This document shows, in pieces, positions 1-10,286 of a stretch of DNA of 64,000 nucleotides. Position 1 is the first letter of the stretch; every line of letters starts with the position of its first letter. The notes beneath the pieces were generated by a model. It saw only the letters and a list, made by a program, of their open reading frames with translations, was not told the DNA's origin and searched no databases. Origin of the DNA: Thecamonas trahens ATCC 50062 (lineage: Eukaryota; Protista; Apusomonadida); the NCBI RefSeq assembly GCF_000142905.1, contig NW_013657635.1, positions 62,001 through 126,000 on the forward strand, in the 5' to 3' direction. The position numbers and the translations under genes are program-made.

Positions 1-1660
1 CGCAGTCGCCGGCTCGGCCCTTGCCACCAACTTTCAGTCCGAGCTCAACTTTAAGGACGAGAAGGCCAAGGCCAAGGCCCACCGCGCCCGGTCCACCTCG
101 CTGCGCTCTCTGGCGGGTCCGCTGGAGACAGCCTCTGTGGCCGATACTACTGCAGCTACTGGAGATGCCGCAGGTGCCGGCACGTCGCGAGTGGACGATG
201 CCGCCCAGCCTCCGTCGGCCAAGCCGTCGCGTCCGTCGACCGACCGCCAGGTGCACCACGACGGGCCAGCGGTCGAGGCTAGCGAGCCCGGTTCGCCGGC
301 CGTGCCCGAAGCTGACTATGCCTGTGAATCGGAGCTCTCGGCAGGCTCGGCGAGCTCGATCGCGCTGCGTGAGACTGTGGAGGAGCTCGGTGGCGATTCA
401 GCGAGCTCCGATGTCGCGCCGCCAAGGCCGACAGTCACACCGCCGCCGCAGGTGCCCGCAGAGCCGCAAGCAGACACCGTCAGTACCAGCTCTGTGCCGC
501 GGTTTGGCCGCCGCCGCCGCCACCGCCGCAGGCAGCGGTCGGCTGAACCAGCGCCGGCCGAGCCGGCGGTCTCTCCTCACGCAGCCGCGCCGCCGGCTCC
601 CGCGGCAATCGAGCCCAGTCCGCCGCCCATTCTACGAGCACAGACCAAGGCCGACTACGCGCTCCGGCTGCTGCACCAAGCCTCGCAGTCCCATGATGGC
701 GTCCACGTTCTCCTCTCCCTGGCGGTGGTGGCGGACAAGGTGTTCTTTGGCTTTGCACACGACGCGCGGGTTCGAACGCTGGCGCTCGCGCCGGGCCAGT
801 GGGCGCCGATGCAGGAGAGGCCGGTTAAGGTTCGCAAGCTTGCCTCTCACGAGCGGACGGGAAACAACGCGGTGCCGACGATTGCGGCACTGGGCCAGCC
901 GGAGCCGCTGGTGGTCACGGGCGCCTTTGACGGCTCGGTCCTCGCCTTTGGCCTCCGCTCGCGAACCAAGCGTCGGCTTGATGGCGCGACCGATGCCGTG
1001 CTGACGGTTGCGGTGGGCGCTGAGCTCATCGCCTCGGGTTCGGCCGACATGGGCGTCAACGTTTACACTGCGTCGTCAGGCGCGCCGCTCTGTCGGCTCA
1101 AGTCGCACACCTCGTACGTGCGGTCAGTAGCCATCGTCCACTCGCGGGTGATCTCGGTCTCGGACGAGTCGGGCGCTCAGCTGTGGGACGTGAGCACGCC
1201 GACGGCACCGTGGCTGGTGGCAGTCCTCCATGAGGACGGCTTTCCGCGCGCAGTCCAGGCCGTGGCGCTCGAGTCAGCCGAAATGGTCGCCCTTGTCTAC
1301 GCCAACGGCTCGGTCCGGATCTGGACGGTCGACACGCAGCTGGTAGTCCTCACGCTCCACCACACCGCACCGGTGGCCGACATGGCGTGGGACGCGGTCA
1401 CCGCGGCTGTCCTCACCACCGACGGCTCGCTGGTGCTGTGGGACGTTGCCGACGCCGTCGCCTCGCGGGCCTCCGAGTCGCCGTGGGCCACCAACAAGTA
1501 CTCGGGCGTGCTCGGGACGCTCACACTCCCGACTGGAACCGGCAAGCCGCAGGCTGTTGCTCTCGACGAGACCAGGTTTGTTGTCGCCACCGCCGAAGGC
1601 GCGCTGCTCATTGCGCCACGCCTCCGGGTCCCGCCATCAAGCCCGCCGCGCCCCGTCTAG
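1..1660 (+). CDS. WD40-repeat protein, 5'-truncated by window edge
   Basis: Frame is open from position 2. Pro/Ala-rich N-terminus followed by WD40-like repeats (VVTGAFDGSV, IASGSADMGVNVY, LKSHTSYVRSV, AQLWDV, SVRIW, LVLWDV). Confidence 0.75.
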   Translation, partial: AVAGSALATNFQSELNFKDEKAKAKAHRARSTSLRSLAGPLETASVADTTAATGDAAGAGTSRVDDAAQPPSAKPSRPSTDRQVHHDGPAVEASEPGSPAVPEADYACESELSAGSASSIALRETVEELGGDSASSDVAPPRPTVTPPPQVPAEPQADTVSTSSVPRFGRRRRHRRRQRSAEPAPAEPAVSPHAAAPPAPAAIEPSPPPILRAQTKADYALRLLHQASQSHDGVHVLLSLAVVADKVFFGFAHDARVRTLALAPGQWAPMQERPVKVRKLASHERTGNNAVPTIAALGQPEPLVVTGAFDGSVLAFGLRSRTKRRLDGATDAVLTVAVGAELIASGSADMGVNVYTASSGAPLCRLKSHTSYVRSVAIVHSRVISVSDESGAQLWDVSTPTAPWLVAVLHEDGFPRAVQAVALESAEMVALVYANGSVRIWTVDTQLVVLTLHHTAPVADMAWDAVTAAVLTTDGSLVLWDVADAVASRASESPWATNKYSGVLGTLTLPTGTGKPQAVALDETRFVVATAEGALLIAPRLRVPPSSPPRPV

Positions 1661-3130
1661 TATCGCGAGGAGTAGACCCGGGTGGTGGTGCCCGGCGCGA
1701 GCGACGACCGCGAGAACTTGAGCAGAATCGACTCGAGCTTGGTCCCCTCGGGCGTGATCGGCTGGAGGTACGGCTCGAGCTGGGCACGAGTCCAGTGCTG
1801 CTGGGCGGTAAAGAGAGCATCGAACCGCGGCAGCGCCGCCTCGGGCAGGGTGTGCTCTTCAAACAGCCGGATCCGCGAGTTGCCTGCCGGCTTCAGCGCG
1901 TTTGTCATCGACACCGCCTCGCCGGGGCGGTCACCACCGCCGTGCCGTACAGCGTGGCGAGGTCGACCGCAGCATGAAAGTCGACCGGCACCGTGCTACG
2001 CCATGCCGCGAGAAACTCGGAGAGGACCCAGTCCGAGGTCGCCAGCCGCAGCAGCTCCACGCCCTTGAATCGCGCCACCTTGCCCGCCGACAACACTAGC
2101 GACCCGTCATCGCGCTCATCGGTAAAGAGAAGACAAACGTGCTCGAGCGCAACCGGGTTGTACTCGGGTGCCGCAGCAAGGACGGTTCGGATGTCCAGCG
2201 GGTCGATGGTGAGCTCGGTGCCCAGCTCGTCGGCCACCGTGATAACCAGGTCGAGGAGGGTGGCGGTGTACTCGGGCGCAAGCGTTCGCCACTTGCCGTC
2301 CATCTCAACAGCGCCAAGCTCCGCGAGAGCCACAAACAGCTCGGCCTCGGAAGCTTGCACAGCATCGAGGAGCTGTTCGGTGGAGAAGAGAGCGTCGACG
2401 TCGCCGATGCCGCCGCTGCCGGCGGTCGCCTCTTCCAGCTCGGCGCCTGCGTACGCCGCAGCCTTGAGCAGCTCCCTCAGTCGGCGGGTCTTGGGCGTTG
2501 TTCTTGTCAGTTCGTAGTACTCGAACAGCGTGTTGGTGATGTACCGCGCCAATCGCGCATCGCCATCGTTGCCGACGTCTTCGCCAACCGCCTCCACCTC
2601 GCCTTCGGGGAGGAGCTCGCTCCCGGCCTCGGGCACGATCAGCATCGAGTTGGTCGTCTCGGCAATGCGGACAGAGTACGACTCGCTCTCAGTCGTCAGA
2701 ACGACATGATCAGACTCGTTGCCCACAAAGGTGAGCCTTTGATCATTCCAATGGTGTGTGTTGCGTAAGGATTCTACCGGGTGAGTGGCGGAAAAGGGCG
2801 TGAACATGGGGAGGCTTCGGGGAGAGGGGCTCCCAGACGAGCAGCGTGACGGAAAGAGAGAACAAAACAAGAGACAGATGTGGACATAGTAGTATATGAG
2901 GTGCAGGTGTGGGTGGCGAGGTAAAAATATGTAATGGCTGTGGGTGGGGAGAGGAAACAGGCGAGAGCGGGCAGCAAAAGGTCGTCAAAGGAAAACACGA
3001 CATTGGCGACGTACTTGGTCTCCTCCCTCAGCACAGCCTCTAGCAACTCTTCTGGAAGCTGCATGAGATGGATACCCTCCATACTTGCCCTCCCATACAA
3101 CGAAGAGTACGTCAGGTCCACACACGACAT
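1657..3130 (-). CDS. DCC1: Sister chromatid cohesion protein DCC1 (intron 2737-3014; one-base frameshift near 1925)
   Basis: Exon 1 LMQLPEELLEAVL splices via GTACGT...AAG to KLTFVGNESDHVVLTT. Contains ETTNSMLIV and LLDAVQASEAEL. C-terminal RFDALF..W....LEPYL lies in the adjacent frame (1657-1914). Confidence 0.85.
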
Positions 3131-3505
3131 GTCGAGCTTCTAAGTAGAGTGGTGTGCCGCTGTTGCTACCGAGAGCCGCTGCCGCTGCCGAGAGCCCCAC
3201 GCCGTGCGCCGTGGCCTCGGCTGGCTACAGAGCTGCCAATCACTTGCGCTCGTCGACCGACACTTGGGCCGGACAAGACGAAGGCGAACTGCAGCGTCTC
3301 CTTACTTTAGCGAGCCACCTACTTTAGCGAGCCACCGAGGAGAGTGGAGGAGGAGGATGGTGTGTATAAGCCGCGGACAAGTTTGCGTCATCATGGTCGT
3401 CGGCAACCGTCTCTGAGGCCGAGGCGGTCGCGGAGAAGATCGGGGCGGGGAGCTGGCCTCGACTGGGCTGAGGAGATGAGGCCCAGAGGAGGCGTGGTGG
3501 TGGGC

Positions 3506-4992
3506 ATGGCTGATGGCATCTTTGAACGCATGCAGCAGATTCTGCGGAAGAGAGCGGCGGCTGGTGATGGCCCTACTGTCGTGGCAGGGGCTGGGGCTGG
3601 GGCAGCTGGGGCTGGACTCGGGACTGATCGTCAGGCTGTCGTGGCAGGAGCTGAGGCTGGGGCTGAGGCTGGAGCTGGGGCAGCTGGGGCTGGACTCGGG
3701 ACTGATCGTCAGGCTGTCGTGGCAGGAGCTGAGGCAGGGGCTGAGGCTGGGGCTGGGACAGCTGGGGCTGGACCCGGGACTGATCGTCAGGCTGTCGTGG
3801 CAGGAGCTGAGGCAGGGGCTGAGGCTGGGGCTGGGACAGCTGGGGCTGGACCCGGGACTGATCGTCAGGCTGTCGTGGCAGAGGCTGGGGCTGAGGCTGG
3901 GGCTGGGACAGCTGGGGCTGGACCCGGGACTGATCGTCAGGCTGTCGTGGCAGGAGCTGAGGCTGGGGCTGAGGCTGGGGCTGGACCCGGGACTGATCGT
4001 CAGGCTGTCGTGGCAGGGCTGAGGCCGATCCTAGTGAGGCTGTGTCTGCGGCTACGGCTGGGGCTAACCCTGGTCACCCCGCCCAAACAGAGACTGGCAC
4101 GACTGGGGCTGCCAAGCGCCGCCGCACGGCAGACAACGATGACAAGTCAGCTCCACGGCGCAAGAAGCCTGTGCCGCTGCGTTCCAAGATCTCCACATCG
4201 AACGGCAAGCGGGTGATCACTTTAGGCGAGGGCGGGCTGTGGGGTGCTCTTGCCCGCGAAGACCGTGCCGACGAACGAGCCGCCAAGCAGGCGCTTGCTT
4301 CGGTCTTCCCGGACCTCTCACCGTTTGAGCTCGCCGAGATTGCTCGCTTTGCCACCAACATGTCTACATCCTCCGCTCCGCCGCCGACCGACGACGCCAT
4401 CGACGCCCGGCTCCGCGCCCTCCGCCGCGCCGAGCCGGCCGTTCGCAAGCGCGAGAACCACAAGTGGCGGACTGTCCGTGGCCGCTTCCAGTCGCGCATT
4501 CCCAGGACGGCCCGGAATCCGGACGGCTTTCTCCCACCAAGCGCGTGGAAGGCCTTTATCGGCATCGCCGCCCAGTACGAGGCTCAGTTCTTCGACTTTT
4601 TCACCTCCAAGTTTACCTGCCGTGGCTCGTTCTTTGCCCCCGGCGCGCCGTGCCCGGCCAACGCCGCAGTCGACTTTCTCTACGCCACGCCGGCCCAGCG
4701 CGCGTCGTTCACGCTCGACCATACCGTCGAAGTCCACCTGATCCTCAAGCACTGGCGCCATCGCGTCGAGGCCGAGGCTTGGCTCGATCTTCCGCCGCGC
4801 CACCGCGACTGGGACATGCGCTTCTATGCCTTTCTCCTCCTTGGCCTCCGCCCTCAGTCGTTTGCGGGCGTTACCTACGAGCCCAACCTCGTCGGCCGCT
4901 GCTCGTTTTGCGACTCGACAAAGGCCCACGGCCTGCTACTCCCGCCGTTCCCACCGCTCCCATCGCTCCATCCGCAAGATCCGTCGCTTTGA
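3506..4992 (+). CDS. Repeat-containing protein with C-terminal DFF40/CAD-like (beta-beta-alpha-Me/HNH) nuclease domain; frameshift near 4017
   Basis: Gly/Ala repeat ORF joins ORF 4042-4992 if one G is added at 4016-4018. C-terminus reads FTCRGSF...PC...TLDHTVE...FYAFLL...NLVGRCSFCDSTKAH. Start codon uncertain (3476 or 3506). Confidence 0.55.
3575..4025 (+). repeat. Coding tandem repeat, ~78-bp unit, ~6 copies (GTDRQAVVAGAEAGAEAGAGTAGAGP)
   Basis: GGGACTGATCGTCAGGCTGTCGTGGCAG recurs directly in the sequence. Confidence 0.95.
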
Positions 4993-5068
4993 TGTGGGGG
5001 AAAACGGCTACGATCAAAATGCCAGCGACAAGACCTTGGTGGTGCTAAACGTGGTGCGCTACTGTGTC

Positions 5069-6244
5069 TTACGCAGCCACGTCACCGGCCCACACGTCCG
5101 ACTCAATGCCGCACTCGTTCGAGCCACGCTTGATCTTGAACATGCCCTGCAGGTCCGACGAGGCACCCGACGGCCACGACGTGCCCCACGAGTTCTGGAT
5201 GAGCCAGTACGGGACGCCGTTCTCCTCACCAAAGCCGATAGCCATCACTGCGTGCCCGCCAAGCATCGAACCAGTCTTGTGCTGGTACACGCCGCCGGTG
5301 TAGTGCATAAAGTCCTCGTACACCTTGAACGCAACCTGGACCGGGCCGTTGTTGACAATCTCCTCCGCGATAGCGTCGTCGCGCCCAAAGAGCTCGTTGA
5401 TGTGACGCGCATGAACAGCCTTGACCCGCTTGATGGGCGAGCCGTCAGCGCAGTGCGACGGGCAAGAGCCGGTCGTCCCGTTGCCCGACGTGTACGGGAG
5501 GCACTCCCACGACGTCACGCCCTGCTTCTCCACGAAGCTCCACGCCCGGTTGAGGATCCCACCCTGGCATCCGTAGTTGGTGTAGTCGCATGAGACCAGG
5601 TCCTGAGGCGAGAGCACCTCATCCTTGAGGCCCTGGATGCACATCCGGTTCTGTCCTCGCAACAATCGTCGTATGAGAGCGTGGTGAGTGGCGCTACGCA
5701 GGGGGGGGGGGGGAGGGGGGAGTTGGAAGCGGGGCGCGGAAAAAAAGGCAAGTGCCTTGTCACGGTACTTACCGTCATGACCTCGGTGAGCGAGAACGCC
5801 CAGCACGAGCCGCACTGCGCCTGGTTGAGGACCGGGTGCATGCACTTGGGCCACTTCTTGCGAGCGTCAAACGAGGTCGGGAGCTTGGCCTTGCGCGCCG
5901 CAGCCTTCTGCGCCATTGCAGCAGCTGCGTCGGGGCCGATCATGGAGAGCGGCTCGGGCGTAAACTCCGAGACACCGAGGAGGCCCTTGACCTCATCGAT
6001 CGTCTTGCCCTCGAAGAACGAGTTGACACCGGCCGTCCACGTCGACGCAGGGTCGTTGTTCACTGCCGAAATAATGTCCTGCTCACCGAAACGCGCCTCT
6101 TGTCGTCTGTGAGTCTCGCTCGCTCCCCGCCCCATCTACCAACTCTTGCGCGTCTTGCTGCCAACGTACATGGTTGATCGCAGACCGCGATGCGAGCGTC
6201 GCAGTGGCAAGCAAGGCCAGCAGAACCAAAACCTTGAGCTCCAT
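5069..6244 (-). CDS. Cathepsin B-like papain-family cysteine protease (introns 6079-6169 and 5651-5772)
   Basis: Signal peptide MELKVLVLLALL, LPTSFDARKKWP, QAQCGSCWAF, GGHAV, YWLIQNSWG. Both GT-AG introns restore the frame. Confidence 0.93.
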
Positions 6245-6666
6245 CACTGAGGTGTGGAGTACTTGAGTGTATTGACGACGGAAGAGGCTCAATTGTGCTT
6301 CAATATCGCCGGCTTTTTGTGGCGAACGGACATGACAAAGTCACGCGACGATGTTTTCATTGGCAACACCACCGGCAAGTCACACGCAGTCCCGCCCACA
6401 GCCTTGTACAAGGCTTCTCCGCGCTGACAGGGCATCTAGGATGTATTCCGCGTGGCATCGGAATAGCAAGCAGTTGCCCGCACCCATCTCGCGCCACACA
6501 GCTGCTTGCGCTTCCTTTGCAAGCATTGATCATGGAGTACACGTTGTGGCGCACGGTCAACGTGGCGCAGAAAATTGGCTGGCGGGCGCGGCCCATGTGA
6601 CCCGGGCAGAGAGGGTTGGTGAGAGCACGTGACAAGGGTACCGGTGGTTTATCGTGGGACAAAACC

Positions 6667-8061
6667 TCAGATCGGGTCGGCCCAGAGGGCGATGGTGGCG
6701 GCAAAGCCACGGGCGGTGACCTCAAAGTGCTCGGGCTCAAGAGCGGACGGTAGGTCCTTAGAGGTGTGGTAGTAGGGGTAGGCCGAGGCAGTGACGGCCG
6801 ACTCAAAGAAGCCGACAGCGGGGTAGCCCTCGTTGTAGAAGGAGATGTAGTCGGAGCAGCACGAGTTGGAGAAGGCGGTGGTGGTGCCAGGGACGTAGAG
6901 GGTGGTGATGGTCTGAGCGAGCGAGACGGCCCACGGCGTGACCGACTTGTCCTTGAAGCCGACAACATGGGTGTCGCCCTCGGGTGCCCAGCCGAGCATG
7001 TCTGCGTTGACGGCCATGACAACATTGTCGCCGCGGGCCTTGATGGCCTTGGCGTAGGCCTCGGAGCCGAGGAGGCCCTGCTCCTCGCCAGACACCGAGA
7101 CAAGGCGGATGGTGCAAGCATAGCCCGCAGCGTGGCTGGTGAGCGCGCGTGCCATGTTGAGCAGGGCAGCGGTGCCGGAGCCGTTGTCGTCGGCGCCGGG
7201 CGCGCGGGTCGAGTCGTCGGCCCGCGAGTCGTAATGCGCGACGGCGACGACGATGGCTTCCGGATCGGTCTTGCCCGGAAGCTCGGCAATGACGTTGTCC
7301 GAGTAGCCCTCCTTGTACGGCTGGCGGGTGACGGTCCAGCCGGCCTGGGTGTACCACAGCTCGAGCAAGTCGGCAGCGTCCAACGCGCCCGGGCTAGTCG
7401 AGACTCGCGAGTAGATGGCCGAGAGCGCTTCAACGTTGGCCATCAGCTCGTCTGCGGTCATGGCGGCCACAACCTCTGCCACCTTCGGGTTGATCTCGGA
7501 CGCGCCAGCTGCAAAGCTCTTGATCCACTCGGGCGCCGAGTCCGGCACGACCGAGCCCTGCGCAGAGACCGGAACCGGCACATCCCTCACCTTGCGCATG
7601 CCGACCTCAACAGCACCCGAGTTCAACTCCAACACAAGCTCGGCATTGTTCTCTTTGACCAGCTCGACACAGTCCGCGAGGCGAGGTCCGATCACAGCAA
7701 CCACGTGGGGCGAGAGAACGGTGACATCGAGCGATGAACGATGACGATCATGGCGATGATGATCAGACGGAGAAGAATGGCGACGAGTCGAGCAGAGCGA
7801 ATGGAGCGAGTCGAGAATGATGGACGAGTTATCGATGGGAATGGAGGAGAGCGAGTCGAGGATGATGAGGTCGTCGGCCGAGACCGGGAGAGGGCTGAGG
7901 AGAGCAGTGTGGTGGCCATGAGGGCCATACACGCCAAGAAGATCCTCATTGACGACGGTAGAGGACGAGAGTGTGTGGAACATGTGTCCCTCGGCACAGG
8001 CAATGGCCATAAGCGCCAAAATGGTGATGCCTACCGCTCCCACTGACGCCACAGTCATCAT
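6667..8061 (-). CDS. Secreted M28 family metallo-aminopeptidase
   Basis: Signal peptide; AHYDSR, PGADDNGSG, GEEQGLLGS, NADM, SDY and YHTSKD motifs. Confidence 0.9.
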   Translation of the reverse strand: MMTVASVGAVGITILALMAIACAEGHMFHTLSSSTVVNEDLLGVYGPHGHHTALLSPLPVSADDLIILDSLSSIPIDNSSIILDSLHSLCSTRRHSSPSDHHRHDRHRSSLDVTVLSPHVVAVIGPRLADCVELVKENNAELVLELNSGAVEVGMRKVRDVPVPVSAQGSVVPDSAPEWIKSFAAGASEINPKVAEVVAAMTADELMANVEALSAIYSRVSTSPGALDAADLLELWYTQAGWTVTRQPYKEGYSDNVIAELPGKTDPEAIVVAVAHYDSRADDSTRAPGADDNGSGTAALLNMARALTSHAAGYACTIRLVSVSGEEQGLLGSEAYAKAIKARGDNVVMAVNADMLGWAPEGDTHVVGFKDKSVTPWAVSLAQTITTLYVPGTTTAFSNSCCSDYISFYNEGYPAVGFFESAVTASAYPYYHTSKDLPSALEPEHFEVTARGFAATIALWADPI

Positions 8062-8131
8062 GGCTTCAAGTCACGTGATGCCGTCGGTCGCCGGTCGTCG
8101 GTCGTCGGTCGTCGGTACGCCCAGCAGGCGG

Positions 8132-8592
8132 TCTCCCTCCCACCACCCGATAACGACGAACAACGTGTTCTCCCTCCCACCACCCGATAACGATGAATCT
8201 ACGTGTTCTCCCTCCTACCACCCGATAACGATGAATCTACGTGTTCTCCCTCCCACCACCCGATAACGATGAATCTACGTGTTCTCCCTCCCACCACCCG
8301 ATAACGATGAATCTACGTGTTCTCCCTCCCACCACCCGATAACGATGAATCTACGTGTTCTCCCTCCTACCACCCGATAACGATGAATCTACGTGTTCTC
8401 CCTCCCACCACCCGATAACGATGAATCTACGTGTTCTCCCTCCCACCACCCGATAACGATGAATCTACGTGTTCTCCCTCCCACCACCCGATAACGATAA
8501 ATCTACGTGTTCTCCCTCCTACCACCCGATAACGATGAATCTACGTGTTCTCCCTCCTACCACCCGATAACGATGAATCTACGTGTTCTCCC
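8132..8592 (+). repeat. 38-bp minisatellite, ~12 copies
   Basis: Unit CCACCCGATAACGATGAATCTACGTGTTCTCCCTCC(C/T)A repeated head-to-tail with no spacers. Confidence 0.95.
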
Positions 8593-8824
8593 ATCGATTC
8601 CCGGACCTGGAGATTCTACACTATTTCTCCCTCTCTCTGCTAGTGCAGTCACAGGGATGCGATAAACAAGTTCGACACCTCTGCCCATCCCCTGTCGTCT
8701 CTCCACACCATCGCTTCATCGTCCGAGATGAGCATCGCACACCAGCGATGAGGCAAGTGAGTCAGCCGTCGGGTGGGCCGGCGGCTCTGCGGCGGGCACG
8801 ACTTGACTCGACTCAGACGCAGCC

Positions 8825-10117
8825 ATGTCGGGGATGGGCAGCTGTGTGAGAACGACGATGCTCCTGCTTGCCATGCTCGGCATGGTGGTTTATGGGCATG
8901 TAGTGGACAAGAATATCGTATCGAGAGTGCCTGGCTCGGCTCGGCTCGCCCTCGGCTCATGCTCAAAGCACAGTGAGCCCGCGGTGGCCATGGCTCATTT
9001 GGCTCGAATGGCGCCCGATGCCTTTGTTTGGCTCGGCGATGCTGTTTATGGCGACCACAATCCGCTTCCCTTTCTCTGGTTGCCGGCAGACGGCAAGGCT
9101 CTCGCTGCCAAGTACTCTGCCTACAAGGCGAATGCCAACTATTCAGCCCTTGTTCGATCGGCTGGTGCTGTCATCGGTGTGTGGGATGATCATGACTACG
9201 GCGCAAACGATGGCGATCGCTTCCATCCCTACAGGGACGAGGCAAAGGACGCGTTTCTCGACTTTCTTGACGTTCCGCTCACATCGCCTCGTCGTGCTCG
9301 CCAGGGCGTGTACAACGCAGCTCTTGTCCGCCTCAACAACGCCGGCGACTACGTTCTCATCGTCCTGCTCGACGTCCGCTACAACGCGCATCCTTCTGTC
9401 GGTCACTACCTCGGCGACGAGCAGTGGGCCTGGCTCGAGGCGCTGCTCCTTGGCGATGGCCTCGCAGCGGTGCTCGGGCCCGATGCCACCCGTGTCCTCA
9501 CCGTAGTCGGCTCTGGCACCCAGATCCTTGCCATGGAGAAGCCGCTCGCCGAAGGCTGGCATCACGTGCCGGGCGAGCGCCAGCGGCTGCTGGACCTGCT
9601 CGTCGCCGCAGGCTCGCCCACCCTTCTCTTCTCGGGCGACATCCACATGGCCGAGGTCATCGGCCCGGTCCATCACTGCACCGACTCGGCTGTGGGCCAC
9701 TTTCACGACATCACCACCTCGGGCCTCACCCACTCTTGGGGCTCGGCCTTCTGGCTCAAGAAGAGCCTCATCCCCATCGGTCTCCCAGCCTCCAATCGTC
9801 TCGGCGGCCACGTGCCCATCCTCCGCCGCAACTACGCCGTGCTTGATTTGGCCATCGACGGCCCAGGCGAGCCCTCTGTCTCGGTCGCCATCCACGACGC
9901 TGACTCGGCAGAGACCCTCCTCTCCCTCACCTGGTCCCTCGCCGAGCTCATTCCCACCCCGCGGACGGATGCCTCGGTCTGTGACTCCCCTGTCCCCATC
10001 TTCTCCCTCCTTCGCATGGTCTCTGGTATCCAGGCTGCAGGAACCGTCGTCTACTCGCTTTTAGGCCTCGTCATCGCCGCCATGGTCCTCGCCATCGCCA
10101 AGCTCTGCCGCTGGTGA
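8825..10117 (+). CDS. PhoD-like alkaline phosphatase with signal peptide and C-terminal TM
   Basis: LGSCS, WLGDAVYGD, GVWDDHDYGANDG, LLDVRY, LGDEQWAWLE, SGDIHMAE, TSGLTH. Confidence 0.9.
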   Translation: MSGMGSCVRTTMLLLAMLGMVVYGHVVDKNIVSRVPGSARLALGSCSKHSEPAVAMAHLARMAPDAFVWLGDAVYGDHNPLPFLWLPADGKALAAKYSAYKANANYSALVRSAGAVIGVWDDHDYGANDGDRFHPYRDEAKDAFLDFLDVPLTSPRRARQGVYNAALVRLNNAGDYVLIVLLDVRYNAHPSVGHYLGDEQWAWLEALLLGDGLAAVLGPDATRVLTVVGSGTQILAMEKPLAEGWHHVPGERQRLLDLLVAAGSPTLLFSGDIHMAEVIGPVHHCTDSAVGHFHDITTSGLTHSWGSAFWLKKSLIPIGLPASNRLGGHVPILRRNYAVLDLAIDGPGEPSVSVAIHDADSAETLLSLTWSLAELIPTPRTDASVCDSPVPIFSLLRMVSGIQAAGTVVYSLLGLVIAAMVLAIAKLCRW

Positions 10118-10286
10118 TAGTTCCCGGGAAATCGGGCCGTGCCCGCTTCTCGCCGCGAGTGCGATCTCGCCAGAACGGAACCGCCTGCTCTCCGCCGCCA
10201 CCTCTGGCCAACTGTGGTTATTGTTGCTCGCACCGCTACGCATCTCAGCCGCAGTATCGCCGCTATCCCCGCGTCATCTCTCTGGC

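Noticed and set aside
8132-8592. CRISPR array
   Set aside because: The units are contiguous with no unique spacers, there are no cas genes, and the context is eukaryotic.
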